This document shows, piece by piece, positions 1-9,433 of a stretch of 64,000 nt of DNA (within the stretch, counting starts at the first letter, position 1; every line of letters begins with the position of its first letter). The notes beneath the pieces were generated by a model. It ran no database searches. It worked only from the letters and a program-made list of their open reading frames with translations, and was not told the DNA's origin. Location of the stretch: positions 19,961 through 83,960 of the forward strand of contig CBIHQW010000007.1 of NCBI GenBank assembly GCA_966212285.1, in the 5' to 3' direction. This stretch comes from Massilia kyonggiensis (GTDB lineage Bacteria > Pseudomonadota > Gammaproteobacteria > Burkholderiales > Burkholderiaceae_D). A program made the translations under genes and the position numbers.

Positions 1-2585
1 GGGAATTGCCAGTCCGGGTTGCGGATGAACGCGGCGGTGGTGGCGCCCGTCGCATTGACGGCGGCCCACGTACGGTTTTCGCCCATGCGCGACAGCGCGT
101 CGCGGCTGGCCGTCACGATCTGGTCGCAGCCGATCACGAGGTCCGCGTTACCGGTGCCGACGCGCGTCGAGTACAGGTCGCCCTGGCGGTCCGCCAGGCG
201 CACGTGCGACATCACCGGACCGCCCTTCTGCGCGAGGCCGCTCATGTCCAGCACGAGGGCGCCCTTGCCTTCGACGTGGGCGGCCACCGCGAGGATCTGG
301 CCGACCGTCACGACACCCGTGCCGCCGACGCCGGTGACGAGGATGCCGAACGGGTTCGTCGTCGCCGGAATCTTCGGCATCGGCAGAGAAGGCGGCGCCG
401 CGTCCGACGTGGTTTTTTTAGGTTTCTTCAACCCGCCGCCTTCGACCGTGACGAAACTCGGGCAGAAACCGGTGACGCACGAGAAATCCTTGTTGCACGA
501 GGACTGGTTGATCTGGCGCTTGCGGCCCAGTTCCGTCTCCAGCGGTTCGACGGACAGGCAGTTCGACTGCTTCGAGCAATCGCCGCAGCCTTCGCACACG
601 GCGTCGTTGATCACCGCGCGCTTGGCCGGATCCGGGTACGCGCCTTTCTTCCGGCGGCGGCGCTTTTCCGACGCGCAGGTCTGGTCGTAGATCATCGCGG
701 ACACGCCCGGCATCTCGCGCAGTTCGCGCTGCACGTCCATCAGTTCCGCGCGGTGGCGCACGGTGACGCCTTCGGCCCACGGATAATCGTCCGGATACTT
801 CTCCGGTTCGTCCGTGACGACGATGATCGGCTTCACGCCTTCGGCCGCGAGCTGGCGGCTGATCTTGGCCGGATCGAGCGGGCCGTCGACGACCTGGCCT
901 CCCGTCATCGCGACGGCGTCGTTGTAGAGGATCTTGTACGTGATGTTGACCTTGGCCGCGACGGACGCGCGGATCGCCAGCACGCCGGAGTGGTAATAGG
1001 TGCCGTCGCCGAGGTTCGCGAACACGTGCTTCTCGCCCGTGAACGGCGCCTGGCCGATCCACGTGACGCCTTCGCCGCCCATGTGCGTGAACGTGGACGT
1101 TTCGCGGTCCATCCACAGCACCATGTAGTGGCAGCCGATGCCGGCCATCGCGCGCGAGCCTTCCGGTACCTTGGTCGAGCTGTTGTGCGGGCAGCCGGAG
1201 CAGAAGTACGGGATGCGGTCCGTTTCCGGGTTCGCCTTCGGGATGTTCTTGAGGATCAGCTCTTTCGCTTCGAGGAAGGCGATGCGTTCCTTCACGCGTT
1301 GCTCGACCGGGTGGCCGGCGCAGTAGTGCGAGATGCGCGACGCGATCGCGCGCGCGACCTGGGCCGGATTCAATTCATAATTCGCCGACAGCAGCCAGTC
1401 GCCCTGGCCGGAGCGGTTCTTGACGCTCCATTCGCCGGCGTCGTCGAACTTGCCGACGACGCGCGGACGCTCGCCGTCCGGCAGGTTGTACAGCTCTTCC
1501 TTCAGCGCGTATTCCAGCACCTGCCGCTTTTCCTCGACGACGAGGATCTCGTCCAGGCCGCGCGCGAATTCGTGCACGCCGACCGAGTCGAGCGGCCACG
1601 TCATGCCGACTTTATACACGCGCAGGCCGATATCGCGGGCCGCCTGCTCGTCGATGCCGAGATCGGCCAGCGCCTGGCGCGTGTCGAGGTACGACTTGCC
1701 GGCGGTGATGATGCCGATCTTGGGCTGGGGGCTGTCCCAGATGATCTGGTTGAGTTTATTGGCGCGCGCATAGGCCAGCGCGGCATACCACTTGTAGTGG
1801 TTCATGCGCACTTCCTGGTCCAGCACGGCGTCGGGCCAGCGGATGTTCAGGCCGCCCGGCGGCATCTCGAAGTCCGCCGGCAGGATGGTCTGCACGCGGT
1901 CCGGATCGAGGTCGACGACGGCGCCCGATTCGATGATGTCGGTCACGCATTTCATCGACACCCACAGGCCGCTGTAGCGGCTCATGGCCCACGCATGCAG
2001 GCCGTAGTCGATGTATTCCTGCACGGACGACGGGTACAGCACGGGGATGCCGCAGTGGTGCAGGATGTGGTCGGACTGGTGCGCCGTCGACGACGATTTC
2101 GCCGCATGGTCGTCGCCCGCCAGCACGAGCACGCCGCCGTTCTTCGCGGAGCCCGCGTTGTTGCCGTGTTTGAACACGTCGCCGCAGCGGTCCACGCCGG
2201 GGCCCTTGCCGTACCACATGGCGAACACGCCGTCGTACTTCGCATCCTTGAACAGATTGGTCTGCTGCGTGCCCCAGACGGCCGTCGCCGCGAGGTCTTC
2301 GTTCATGCCGGGGTGGAAGTGGACGTGGTGCGATTCCAGGTGTTTCTTCGCCTTCCACGCGGTCTGGTCGACCTGGGTGACGGGCGAGCCCCGGTAGCCG
2401 GTGATATAGCCTGCCGTGTTCAGGCCGGCCTTCAGGTCGCGTTCGCGCTGCAGCATCGGCAGGCGGATCAGCGCCTGGGTGCCGGTCATGAAGGCGCGGC
2501 CGCGCTCGAGCGTCCATTTGTCGTCGAGCGTGATCTCGTGCGGGGGTAGCGGTTCCAGCTGGCTGCGGTCCAGGGGGGCGTTCAT
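1..2585 (-). CDS. Indolepyruvate:ferredoxin oxidoreductase family protein (fused type); 3' end lies beyond the window start
   Basis: Read by hand from ATG at 2585: MNAPLDRSQLEPLPPHEITLDDKWTLERGRAFMTGTQALIRLPMLQ...GYRGSP...WYGKGPGVDRCGD...GDDHAAKSST, later PYFCSGCPHNSSTKVPEGSRAMAGIGCHYM (TPP-binding region). SD-like GGAGAC upstream. Not in the ORF track because there is no stop in the window. Confidence 0.9.
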   Translation of the reverse strand, partial: MNAPLDRSQLEPLPPHEITLDDKWTLERGRAFMTGTQALIRLPMLQRERDLKAGLNTAGYITGYRGSPVTQVDQTAWKAKKHLESHHVHFHPGMNEDLAATAVWGTQQTNLFKDAKYDGVFAMWYGKGPGVDRCGDVFKHGNNAGSAKNGGVLVLAGDDHAAKSSSTAHQSDHILHHCGIPVLYPSSVQEYIDYGLHAWAMSRYSGLWVSMKCVTDIIESGAVVDLDPDRVQTILPADFEMPPGGLNIRWPDAVLDQEVRMNHYKWYAALAYARANKLNQIIWDSPQPKIGIITAGKSYLDTRQALADLGIDEQAARDIGLRVYKVGMTWPLDSVGVHEFARGLDEILVVEEKRQVLEYALKEELYNLPDGERPRVVGKFDDAGEWSVKNRSGQGDWLLSANYELNPAQVARAIASRISHYCAGHPVEQRVKERIAFLEAKELILKNIPKANPETDRIPYFCSGCPHNSSTKVPEGSRAMAGIGCHYMVLWMDRETSTFTHMGGEGVTWIGQAPFTGEKHVFANLGDGTYYHSGVLAIRASVAAKVNITYKILYNDAVAMTGGQVVDGPLDPAKISRQLAAEGVKPIIVVTDEPEKYPDDYPWAEGVTVRHRAELMDVQRELREMPGVSAMIYDQTCASEKRRRRKKGAYPDPAKRAVINDAVCEGCGDCSKQSNCLSVEPLETELGRKRQINQSSCNKDFSCVTGFCPSFVTVEGGGLKKPKKTTSDAAPPSLPMPKIPATTNPFGILVTGVGGTGVVTVGQILAVAAHVEGKGALVLDMSGLAQKGGPVMSHVRLADRQGDLYSTRVGTGNADLVIGCDQIVTASRDALSRMGENRTWAAVNATGATTAAFIRNPDWQF

Positions 2586-2725
2586 GCGTGTCTCCGATTA
2601 TGTTTGTCGTGTTTCGGTTGGGGCCAGTATAGACCCGCGCCCCCAGCATTAAATTTCAATGAATTCCCCCCGGCCGACGATTTGCGCAATAAAATTGCGG
2701 AGTGCGCGAGTCCTGAGGAGAATTC

Positions 2726-3226
2726 ATGTCAAAAATCGAGCTGGATAAAACCGACCGTAAAATCCTGGCGATCCTGCAGTCGGATGGCCGCCTGTCGAAC
2801 CAGGACGTGGCCGAGCGCGTCAGCCTGTCGCCGTCGCCCTGCCTGCGGCGCATCAAGCGGCTGGAAGAGGCCGGCGTCATCCGGCAATATGTCGCCCTGC
2901 TCGATCCCGACAAGCTGGGCCTGGGCCTGCTGGCCTATGTGAATGTCCGCCTGGAAAAACACAGCGAAGGTGCGGCCAATGCACGCGTGCCGGCCACGTC
3001 GCCGCGCTTCGAATTTGCCCAGGCCGTGTCGACCTGGCCGGAAGTGGTGGCCTGCTATGCGATGACGGGGGAGATGGATTTCCTGCTGCGCGTGCACGTG
3101 GAAGACATGGACCACTTTTCGCGCTTCATGATGAGCACGTTGCTGCGCCACCCGGCCGTGCTGGACGTCAAGTCGAGCTTCGCCCTGCAGCGCATCAAGG
3201 AAACGACGGCGCTGCCTATCGTTTGA
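2726..3226 (+). CDS. Lrp/AsnC family transcriptional regulator
   Basis: N-terminal HTH (LDKTDRKILAILQSDGRLSNQDVAERVSLSPSPCLRRIKRLEEAGVI) and C-terminal RAM domain (CYAMTGEMDFLLRV). Confidence 0.95.
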   Translation: MSKIELDKTDRKILAILQSDGRLSNQDVAERVSLSPSPCLRRIKRLEEAGVIRQYVALLDPDKLGLGLLAYVNVRLEKHSEGAANARVPATSPRFEFAQAVSTWPEVVACYAMTGEMDFLLRVHVEDMDHFSRFMMSTLLRHPAVLDVKSSFALQRIKETTALPIV

Positions 3227-3378
3227 CGGTGTTTAGTAATAAGCACGAAACTCGATGGCCAATGCGCGCGTGCGTTTGACCGGACGCGGCGGTCTCGCTA
3301 ATCTCGATCTGGTCTCGGTCCGGCCGTCGCTTCAGGGAGCGGCCGGATCGTCTCCAGCCGGGGTGGTCCGGCTCGCTT

Positions 3379-3420
3379 TCCGATGCACCGGGCAGATGCC
3401 CGGTCCGTCGGATTTTTTTT
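3379..3420 (+). terminator. Intrinsic terminator-like hairpin followed by T8
   Basis: TCCGA..ACCGGGCA-GA-TGCCCGGT..TCGGA followed by TTTTTTTT (3413-3420). Confidence 0.7.
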
Positions 3421-3423
3421 GGC

Positions 3424-4470
3424 CTACCAGCCGGTGATGCGCCGCAACTGCGGCAGGATCTCCGCCGCCATGACCGCATGCTGGGCCGTCGTCGGATGGC
3501 CATTGACGGCGTCGCCGGGCTGGTACGCCACCGGTGCGAGCAGATGCACGCGCTTATCTCCCACCCGCGCCATCGCCTCCTTGAGATAGCCGATCAGCGC
3601 CGCCTTCTTGTCGCCATTCAGCAGCACGCCCTCCGTCAGCGCGATCTGCGCGTGCGGATGGTCGCGCAGCACGCGGCGCAGCAGGGCCGTGTACGTGTCG
3701 ACATAGGCCGTGCGCTCCGGAATGCCGGGGTTGAAGTCATTGGTGCCGATCGCGATGAGAATCAGGTCCGGGGCGTAATCGGCCTGGTTCCACCGCACCG
3801 GATGCGCCGCATCGGCGATGGCGAGGTCGTAGAACGCGGGCAGCTGGAACTCGTCGGTCCGGTCGTTCCAGCTGCGCACGAGGCCCCGGCCGCCATAGCA
3901 GACCAGCTGCACCTGCGCGTCGAGGACGCGCGCAGCCAGCATGCCGTACGACAGGCGAGGGTTCGACCATTCGGGCATGTCCTTCACGTCGGCGCCCCGC
4001 TCCATGACGGCGCCGCAGGTCACGGAATCGCCCAGCACGAGCAGGCGCCGCGCCGGCAGCGCGGGCGCCGCGAGAAACGTGCCGTCGGACGTGAAGCGCG
4101 CGATGGACGGCACACCCAGCCACGTCTCGCCGCGGTGCACGAGTTCCACCTTGTGCGGACCAGGCGCCGCGCCCTTGAACACGTCGTAGCGTGTCATCTG
4201 CGGCGCCAGGCGCAGCGTGCCCGCGGGCTTGCCGTCCACGATCACGTCGACGAGGCTGCGGGTGCCGCCCGCGGCATCGACGGCAAGCCGCGTGCCGTCG
4301 ACGGCCAGCAGCAAGGTCACGCCGGCATAGCCGAAGCGCACCGTGCCGTCGGCTTCCGCCACCGCGCGGCCCATCCGGGCCACGTGGACGTCGGCGGCGG
4401 GTATCGTCTGCTCGGCGGCCGCCGACGCCGCGCACACAGCCAGCAGCGCGGCAAGCAGCAGCCGACGCAT
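3424..4470 (-). CDS. Exported SGNH/GDSL hydrolase, CE2-like carbohydrate acetylesterase
   Basis: Signal peptide MRRLLLAALLAVCAASAAA; LGDSVTCG (Ser nucleophile block), GRG, IGTND, NGHP. Its ATG overlaps the GH27 stop (TGATG). Confidence 0.8.
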   Translation of the reverse strand: MRRLLLAALLAVCAASAAAEQTIPAADVHVARMGRAVAEADGTVRFGYAGVTLLLAVDGTRLAVDAAGGTRSLVDVIVDGKPAGTLRLAPQMTRYDVFKGAAPGPHKVELVHRGETWLGVPSIARFTSDGTFLAAPALPARRLLVLGDSVTCGAVMERGADVKDMPEWSNPRLSYGMLAARVLDAQVQLVCYGGRGLVRSWNDRTDEFQLPAFYDLAIADAAHPVRWNQADYAPDLILIAIGTNDFNPGIPERTAYVDTYTALLRRVLRDHPHAQIALTEGVLLNGDKKAALIGYLKEAMARVGDKRVHLLAPVAYQPGDAVNGHPTTAQHAVMAAEILPQLRRITGW

Positions 4471-5684
4471 CACGCGCCCTTCTTCAGGCGCAGCAGCAGC
4501 ACGCCGTGCGACGGCACGGTCGCGTCGAGACGTTTGCTCGTATCGCCCGTCTTGCCGGTCCACGCGTCCGTCCACTGCCAGGTGGCCTTCTTGAAGTCGA
4601 CTTCGCGCTTGGACATGTCGTCGTTGATCACGTTCTGCTTCCAGTCATAGCGCAGCGGCAGCGCGGACTCGCCGCGGTTCAGCACCATGAAGGCCCATTC
4701 GTCGCCCACGAGCGGCTTGGCCCACAGTTCGACGGGGCCCTGCTTCCAGAAGCGCAGCGCCGGCACGCCCAGCGGGTCCTGGTTGAGGGCGATGACTTCG
4801 CGGCGGCCGATGATCTTCTTCACCGAGTCCGGCATCGAGCGCAGGTCGTTGCCGAGGATGAGCGGCGAGTTCATCATGGCCCAGACCGAGAAGTGCGCGC
4901 GGTCCTCGTCTTCCGTCATGCCCATGCCAACTTCCAGCATGTCCATGTCGTTCCAGTGACCCGGACCCGCGTACTTGCGCAGGCCCGCCTGCATGTCGAG
5001 GATGCGCATCACGCCCCACGCGGACCACGAGCCGGCGCTCTTTTCGCAATCCCAGCACGGGTAGATGTCGCCCGTGGTGCGCCACGAGTGGCCGACGTCG
5101 GCCGCCCATTCCCACGGCTTGTTGTCGCCCCATTCGCAGATGCTGAACAGGATCGGGCGGTTGGCGGCGCGGATCGCGTCGCGCATCGTCGTGTAGGCGC
5201 CGACCGCGTTCAGGCCCTTGGTCTCGCACCAGTCGTATTTCAGGTAGTCGATGCCCCAGGCGGCGTACGTCTTCGCGTCCTGGTATTCGTGGCCGCGGCT
5301 GCCCGGACGGCCCCCGCACGTCTTGTCGCCGGCGTCCGAATAGATGCCCAGCTTCAGGCCGCGCGCATGCACGTAGTCGGACAGGGCCTTCATCCCGGAC
5401 GGGAAACGCTGCGGGTCGGCCTGGATGTTGCCGTGTTCGTCGCGCGCGCCGTGCCAGCAGTCGTCGATGTTGATGTACTGGTAGCCCGCATCCTTCAGGC
5501 CCAGTTTCACCATCGCGTCGGCCGTCTCGCGGATCAGTTTTTCGTCGATGTCGCACGCGAATTTATTCCAGCTGTTCCAGCCCATCTGCGGCGTGGCCGC
5601 GAGGCCGTCGAATTTCTGCGCCCAGGCCGCGGCCGGGGACGCCGCGATGGTGGCGGCAAGGATCAGGGAGGCACTACGTTTCAC
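4470..5684 (-). CDS. Alpha-galactosidase, glycoside hydrolase family 27
   Basis: TPQMGWNSWN, YINIDDCW, KLGIYSDAG, YLKYDWC, WRTTGDI, GHWNDMDML motifs; signal peptide. Confidence 0.93.
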   Translation of the reverse strand: MKRSASLILAATIAASPAAAWAQKFDGLAATPQMGWNSWNKFACDIDEKLIRETADAMVKLGLKDAGYQYINIDDCWHGARDEHGNIQADPQRFPSGMKALSDYVHARGLKLGIYSDAGDKTCGGRPGSRGHEYQDAKTYAAWGIDYLKYDWCETKGLNAVGAYTTMRDAIRAANRPILFSICEWGDNKPWEWAADVGHSWRTTGDIYPCWDCEKSAGSWSAWGVMRILDMQAGLRKYAGPGHWNDMDMLEVGMGMTEDEDRAHFSVWAMMNSPLILGNDLRSMPDSVKKIIGRREVIALNQDPLGVPALRFWKQGPVELWAKPLVGDEWAFMVLNRGESALPLRYDWKQNVINDDMSKREVDFKKATWQWTDAWTGKTGDTSKRLDATVPSHGVLLLRLKKGA

Positions 5685-7009
5685 TATTTTGCTCCAATCG
5701 TCTTCAGGCGTTTATCGTGGTCCGCGATCAACTTGAGCGAGCTGGCATCGCTGTCGAACACGGAATAAAGGCCCTGCTCTTCCTGCGGCGGATCGCCGAC
5801 GAAATCGTTACCCGGCTTCCACCAGTAATCCGCATTGGCCGCACGCCCCGCACCGCCCCACGCCCAGAAGTTCCAGCCGGCGACCGGATCGCCCGCTGCC
5901 GCGCGCTTCTCCAGCGTCGTGAAGACTTCCTCGTAGAAGCGGTCGCGCACCTTGGTCGACGCCTTGATGTCGAAGGAGCCCCCGTCGCGGTTCAGGCCGA
6001 ACTCCTCCAGCACGATCGGCTTGCCCAGCTTCTTGGCATAGTCGACGTGCACGTTCAGGTAGTGGCTGGCCTTCTCCATCATGCCGTTCCACGTGGCGTC
6101 GGGCTTCTTCGGATCGAACCAGCCCCAGTTCGTCGGCCACAGGTGGTACGTCAGGTAGGCGATGTCCGGCGTGCGGTGTGCATCCAGGTACAGCTGCGCA
6201 TCCTGCGCGGAGCCGGCGAGACCTTCGCTGCCCGTGCTGACCATGTGGCGGGAATCGAGCGAGCGGATGTAGTGGGCGGTATCGGCGATCCACTTCACGT
6301 ACGTCGCCTTTTCCTGCGGCGTGGACTTGCTGTTGCCGGGGCGCGGCTCGTTGGCGAGCTGCCACGACAGGATCGTCGGGTCGTCGCGGTACGGCTTCTT
6401 CGTCACCGTGTTGGTACGCTGGACGATCTTCGCGATCACGTTGCGGTATTCGGCCTGGGCGCGGGCGTTCGTGTAGAACGTCGCGTTTTCGGCCATGTAG
6501 CGTTCGTAGTCCTTGCTCACGTTGGGATCGTGCGCGGGCGAGCCGGTGAACCAGTTCAGGTACTGGGTCATCCCGCCGGACCATTGCCAGAAGTTGTTCA
6601 GGTAGAGCACGGCCGTCATGTCACGCTTTGCCAGTTCGGCCATCATGAAGTCCAGGCCTTGCAGCAGCTGCTCGTCGTACTGCCCGGGCGCGCTCGTCGT
6701 GGCGGGGCTGACGGCACTTTTCATCGCCGTCTTCTCCGACACGGCCAGCACGCGCACGTTGTTGATGCCGAGCGCCTTCATGCGGTCCAGCTCCTTGACG
6801 AGGCGGGCGCGCTGCCCGACGCCCGTCGGCGCGCCGAGGTAGCCGCCATACCAGAAGTTCGCACCGGCGATCATGTAGCGCTGGCCGTTGCGTTCGAAAT
6901 GGCTGTCCTTGACGGCCACGAAGCCGTTGTTGTCTGCATGGGCTGCGCCTGCCATCAGCAGGGTGGCGGCCACGGAGAACTTGCTCAAAATGCCGAACTT
7001 GCGTTGCAT
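5684..7009 (-). CDS. GH5 beta-mannanase/beta-mannosidase
   Basis: GANFWY, LNNFWQWSGGM, WQLANEPR (acid/base Glu), VLEEFG (nucleophile Glu), GDPPQEEQGLYSVF; signal peptide. Confidence 0.88.
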   Translation of the reverse strand: MQRKFGILSKFSVAATLLMAGAAHADNNGFVAVKDSHFERNGQRYMIAGANFWYGGYLGAPTGVGQRARLVKELDRMKALGINNVRVLAVSEKTAMKSAVSPATTSAPGQYDEQLLQGLDFMMAELAKRDMTAVLYLNNFWQWSGGMTQYLNWFTGSPAHDPNVSKDYERYMAENATFYTNARAQAEYRNVIAKIVQRTNTVTKKPYRDDPTILSWQLANEPRPGNSKSTPQEKATYVKWIADTAHYIRSLDSRHMVSTGSEGLAGSAQDAQLYLDAHRTPDIAYLTYHLWPTNWGWFDPKKPDATWNGMMEKASHYLNVHVDYAKKLGKPIVLEEFGLNRDGGSFDIKASTKVRDRFYEEVFTTLEKRAAAGDPVAGWNFWAWGGAGRAANADYWWKPGNDFVGDPPQEEQGLYSVFDSDASSLKLIADHDKRLKTIGAK

Positions 7010-7059
7010 GGTCGTAGTCTCCTCGCGCTCCTTGGGGAACGTCGTTATGTGGGATCATG

Positions 7060-7085
7060 CGCCGCCCACCGGGCGGTGGGCGGCG
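7060..7085. repeat. Intercistronic 11-bp inverted repeat (no U-tract) between GH3 and GH5
   Basis: CGCCGCCCACC-GGGC-GGTGGGCGGCG. Confidence 0.8.
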
Positions 7086-7097
7086 GAGGGATGATGC

Positions 7098-9338
7098 TTA
7101 CTTGCGCTGGCGGCCGCGCACGTCCAGCGTGGACGCCGGCAGGTCGACCGTCACGCTCGTCGCGTTCTTGCCGGCGGCGTCTTCGGCCAGCACCAGCTTG
7201 TACTTGCCCTTGGCGATGCGCCAGGTCTTGCTCTTCTCGTCGAACATGCCGAGGATGCGCGGCTCGACGACGACGTCGACTTCCTTCGACTCGCCCGGCT
7301 GCAGCGCGACCTTGTCCCAGCCGGCCAGGCGCTTCGGCGCTTCCCACTTCGCGGCCAGCGGCGACACGTACACCTGCGGCACGTCCTTGCCGGCGACGTT
7401 GCCCGTGTTCGTGACCTTGAAGCGCACGTGCAGGCGGCCGTCCTTGACCTGGCTCGCGAGACCCGAGTACGAGAACGTCGTGTACGACAGGCCGTGGCCG
7501 AACGGGAACAGCGGGGTCAGGCCCTTCTGGTCGAACCATTTATAGCCGACGGCCGCGCCTTCCGTGTAATCGACCGTGAAGCGCTGCTCCGGCTGTTTCG
7601 GATCGCCGTCCAGCTTCGGACGCGGCAGCTGCTGCTCGGAAGCCGGGAACGTGGCCGGCAGGTGGCCGGACGGATTCACGGCGCCGAACAGCACGCGCGC
7701 GATCGCTTCGCCGCCGCTCGTGCCCGGGTACCATGCTTCCAGCACGGCCGGGGTCTTGGCGACCCACGGCATGGCGACGGGACCGCCCGTCTCCAGCACG
7801 ACCACGGTGCGCGGATTCGCGCCGGCCACGTTGTCGATCAGGGTGTCCTGGTTGTCCGGCAGCGCCAGCGACGTCGCGTCGTTCGCCTCGCCGATCCACT
7901 GCGTCGCGAACACGAGCGCGACGTCGGCCTGCGCGGCCACGCGCGCGGCGCGGGCCGGGTCGGTGCCGTCGTCGTACACGACCTTCGCGTCCGGTGCCAG
8001 CGCTTTAATGGAACGCAGCGGCGACGACGGGTAGTACACGACCGGACCCGGCCAGACCTTCGGCTCCAGGCCCGGCACGGCGTTGCCGCCGATCGGGTAC
8101 ACCTGCGACGAACCGCCGCCCGACAGCACGCCCACGTCGGCATGGCCGCCGATCACGGCGATGGTCTTCACGTCTTTCGACAGCGGCAGCACGCGGTTGT
8201 CGTTCTTCAGCAGGACGATGCCCTCTTCCGCCGTCGCGCGGCTGACGGCGCCGTTCTTCGCGAAGTCGATGTTGCCGCCCTGCGCGACCGGATTGTCGAC
8301 GACGCCCTTGGCGAACATGGCGCGCACGATGCGCGTGGCCATGTCGTCCAGGCGTGCTTCCGACACGTAGCCGTTCTTGACCGCTTCTTCCAGCGCACCG
8401 CCGAAGTACGGCGACTTGTCGAATTCCTGGCCCGACTGGCGGTCCAGGCCATTGTTCGCGGCCTGCACGGTGCTGTGCGTCGCGCCCCAGTCGGACATCA
8501 CGTAGCCCTTGAAGCCCCAGTCCTTCTTGAGGACTTCGTTCAGCAGGTAGTCGTTCTCGCACGCATAGGTGCCGTACACGCGGTTGTACGAGCACATGAC
8601 GGAACCGGCGTCCGACTGCTCCAGCGCGAGCTGCATCGCGAGCAGGTCGGACATGCGCGACGCGGCCTTGTCGATGCGGACGTCGTGCTCGTTGCGGCCC
8701 GTCTCCTGGTCGTTCAGCGCGAAGTGCTTGACGGTCGAGATGACGTGGTTCGATTCGATGCCCTTGACGGCGTGGCCGACCATCGTGCCGGCCAGCAGCG
8801 GGTCTTCACCGGCGTATTCGAAATTGCGGCCGTTGCGCGGATCGCGCATCAGGTTCACGCCGCCGGCCAGCATCACGTTGAAGCCGGACAGGCGCGCTTC
8901 CGAGCCGATCATCGCGCCGCCGGCATAGGCGACCTGCGGATCCCACGTCGACGCGGTGGCGAGGCCCGACGGCAGCGCCGTGCGCTCGCGCGGGGTCGGG
9001 GTGGCCTGGGTGGCGACGCCGAGGCCGGCGTCCGTTTCCAGCAGGTCCGGCAGGCCGAGGCGCGGGGTGCCCGGCACGTAGCCGGCCGAGAACGGGATCG
9101 CGCCTTTCGGCGGCGTGGTGCCCTTCGGGGCGAACGACGTGCCGAAATAGCCGAACACCCAGCGCAGTTTTTCTTCGCGGGTCATGGCCTTGACGGCGAG
9201 TTCGGCGCGCTTGTCGGCGCTGAGGGAACGGTCCAGCCAGGGCTTCTGGGCCGGCGCGGCGGGCGCGTCGGCGGCGATGGCGGACAGGGGGAAGGCGGCA
9301 GCCAGGGCGGCAACGAGGGTCAGTTGGTTCAGACGCAT
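7098..9338 (-). CDS. GH3 beta-glucosidase
   Basis: GRNFEYAGEDP, KHFALNDQE, MCSYN, VMSDWG (nucleophile Asp), EGIVLLKN, FPFGHGLSYT and a C-terminal Fn3-like domain; signal peptide. Confidence 0.93.
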   Translation of the reverse strand: MRLNQLTLVAALAAAFPLSAIAADAPAAPAQKPWLDRSLSADKRAELAVKAMTREEKLRWVFGYFGTSFAPKGTTPPKGAIPFSAGYVPGTPRLGLPDLLETDAGLGVATQATPTPRERTALPSGLATASTWDPQVAYAGGAMIGSEARLSGFNVMLAGGVNLMRDPRNGRNFEYAGEDPLLAGTMVGHAVKGIESNHVISTVKHFALNDQETGRNEHDVRIDKAASRMSDLLAMQLALEQSDAGSVMCSYNRVYGTYACENDYLLNEVLKKDWGFKGYVMSDWGATHSTVQAANNGLDRQSGQEFDKSPYFGGALEEAVKNGYVSEARLDDMATRIVRAMFAKGVVDNPVAQGGNIDFAKNGAVSRATAEEGIVLLKNDNRVLPLSKDVKTIAVIGGHADVGVLSGGGSSQVYPIGGNAVPGLEPKVWPGPVVYYPSSPLRSIKALAPDAKVVYDDGTDPARAARVAAQADVALVFATQWIGEANDATSLALPDNQDTLIDNVAGANPRTVVVLETGGPVAMPWVAKTPAVLEAWYPGTSGGEAIARVLFGAVNPSGHLPATFPASEQQLPRPKLDGDPKQPEQRFTVDYTEGAAVGYKWFDQKGLTPLFPFGHGLSYTTFSYSGLASQVKDGRLHVRFKVTNTGNVAGKDVPQVYVSPLAAKWEAPKRLAGWDKVALQPGESKEVDVVVEPRILGMFDEKSKTWRIAKGKYKLVLAEDAAGKNATSVTVDLPASTLDVRGRQRK

Positions 9339-9387
9339 GGGACGAGGCTCTCTTAGGGATACGGATCGTTATAGGTATGCGAAGCAA

Positions 9388-9417
9388 TGCCGCCGCGAGA
9401 GAAACCAAGCGGCGGCA
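9388..9417. repeat. Intercistronic 9-bp inverted repeat between MFS and GH3
   Basis: TGCCGCCGC-N12-GCGGCGGCA. Confidence 0.7.
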
Positions 9418-9433
9418 ATTCGGGATCAGGCGG

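Noticed and set aside
6-2549. 847-aa plus-strand ORF and many other long antisense ORFs in the track (e.g. 7428-9356, 11036-13573, 22103-24994, 49976-52915, 52597-55023)
   Set aside because: They are shadows of real genes on the opposite strand in high-GC DNA: Arg/Ala/Gly-rich, no family motifs, fully overlapping well-supported CDSs.
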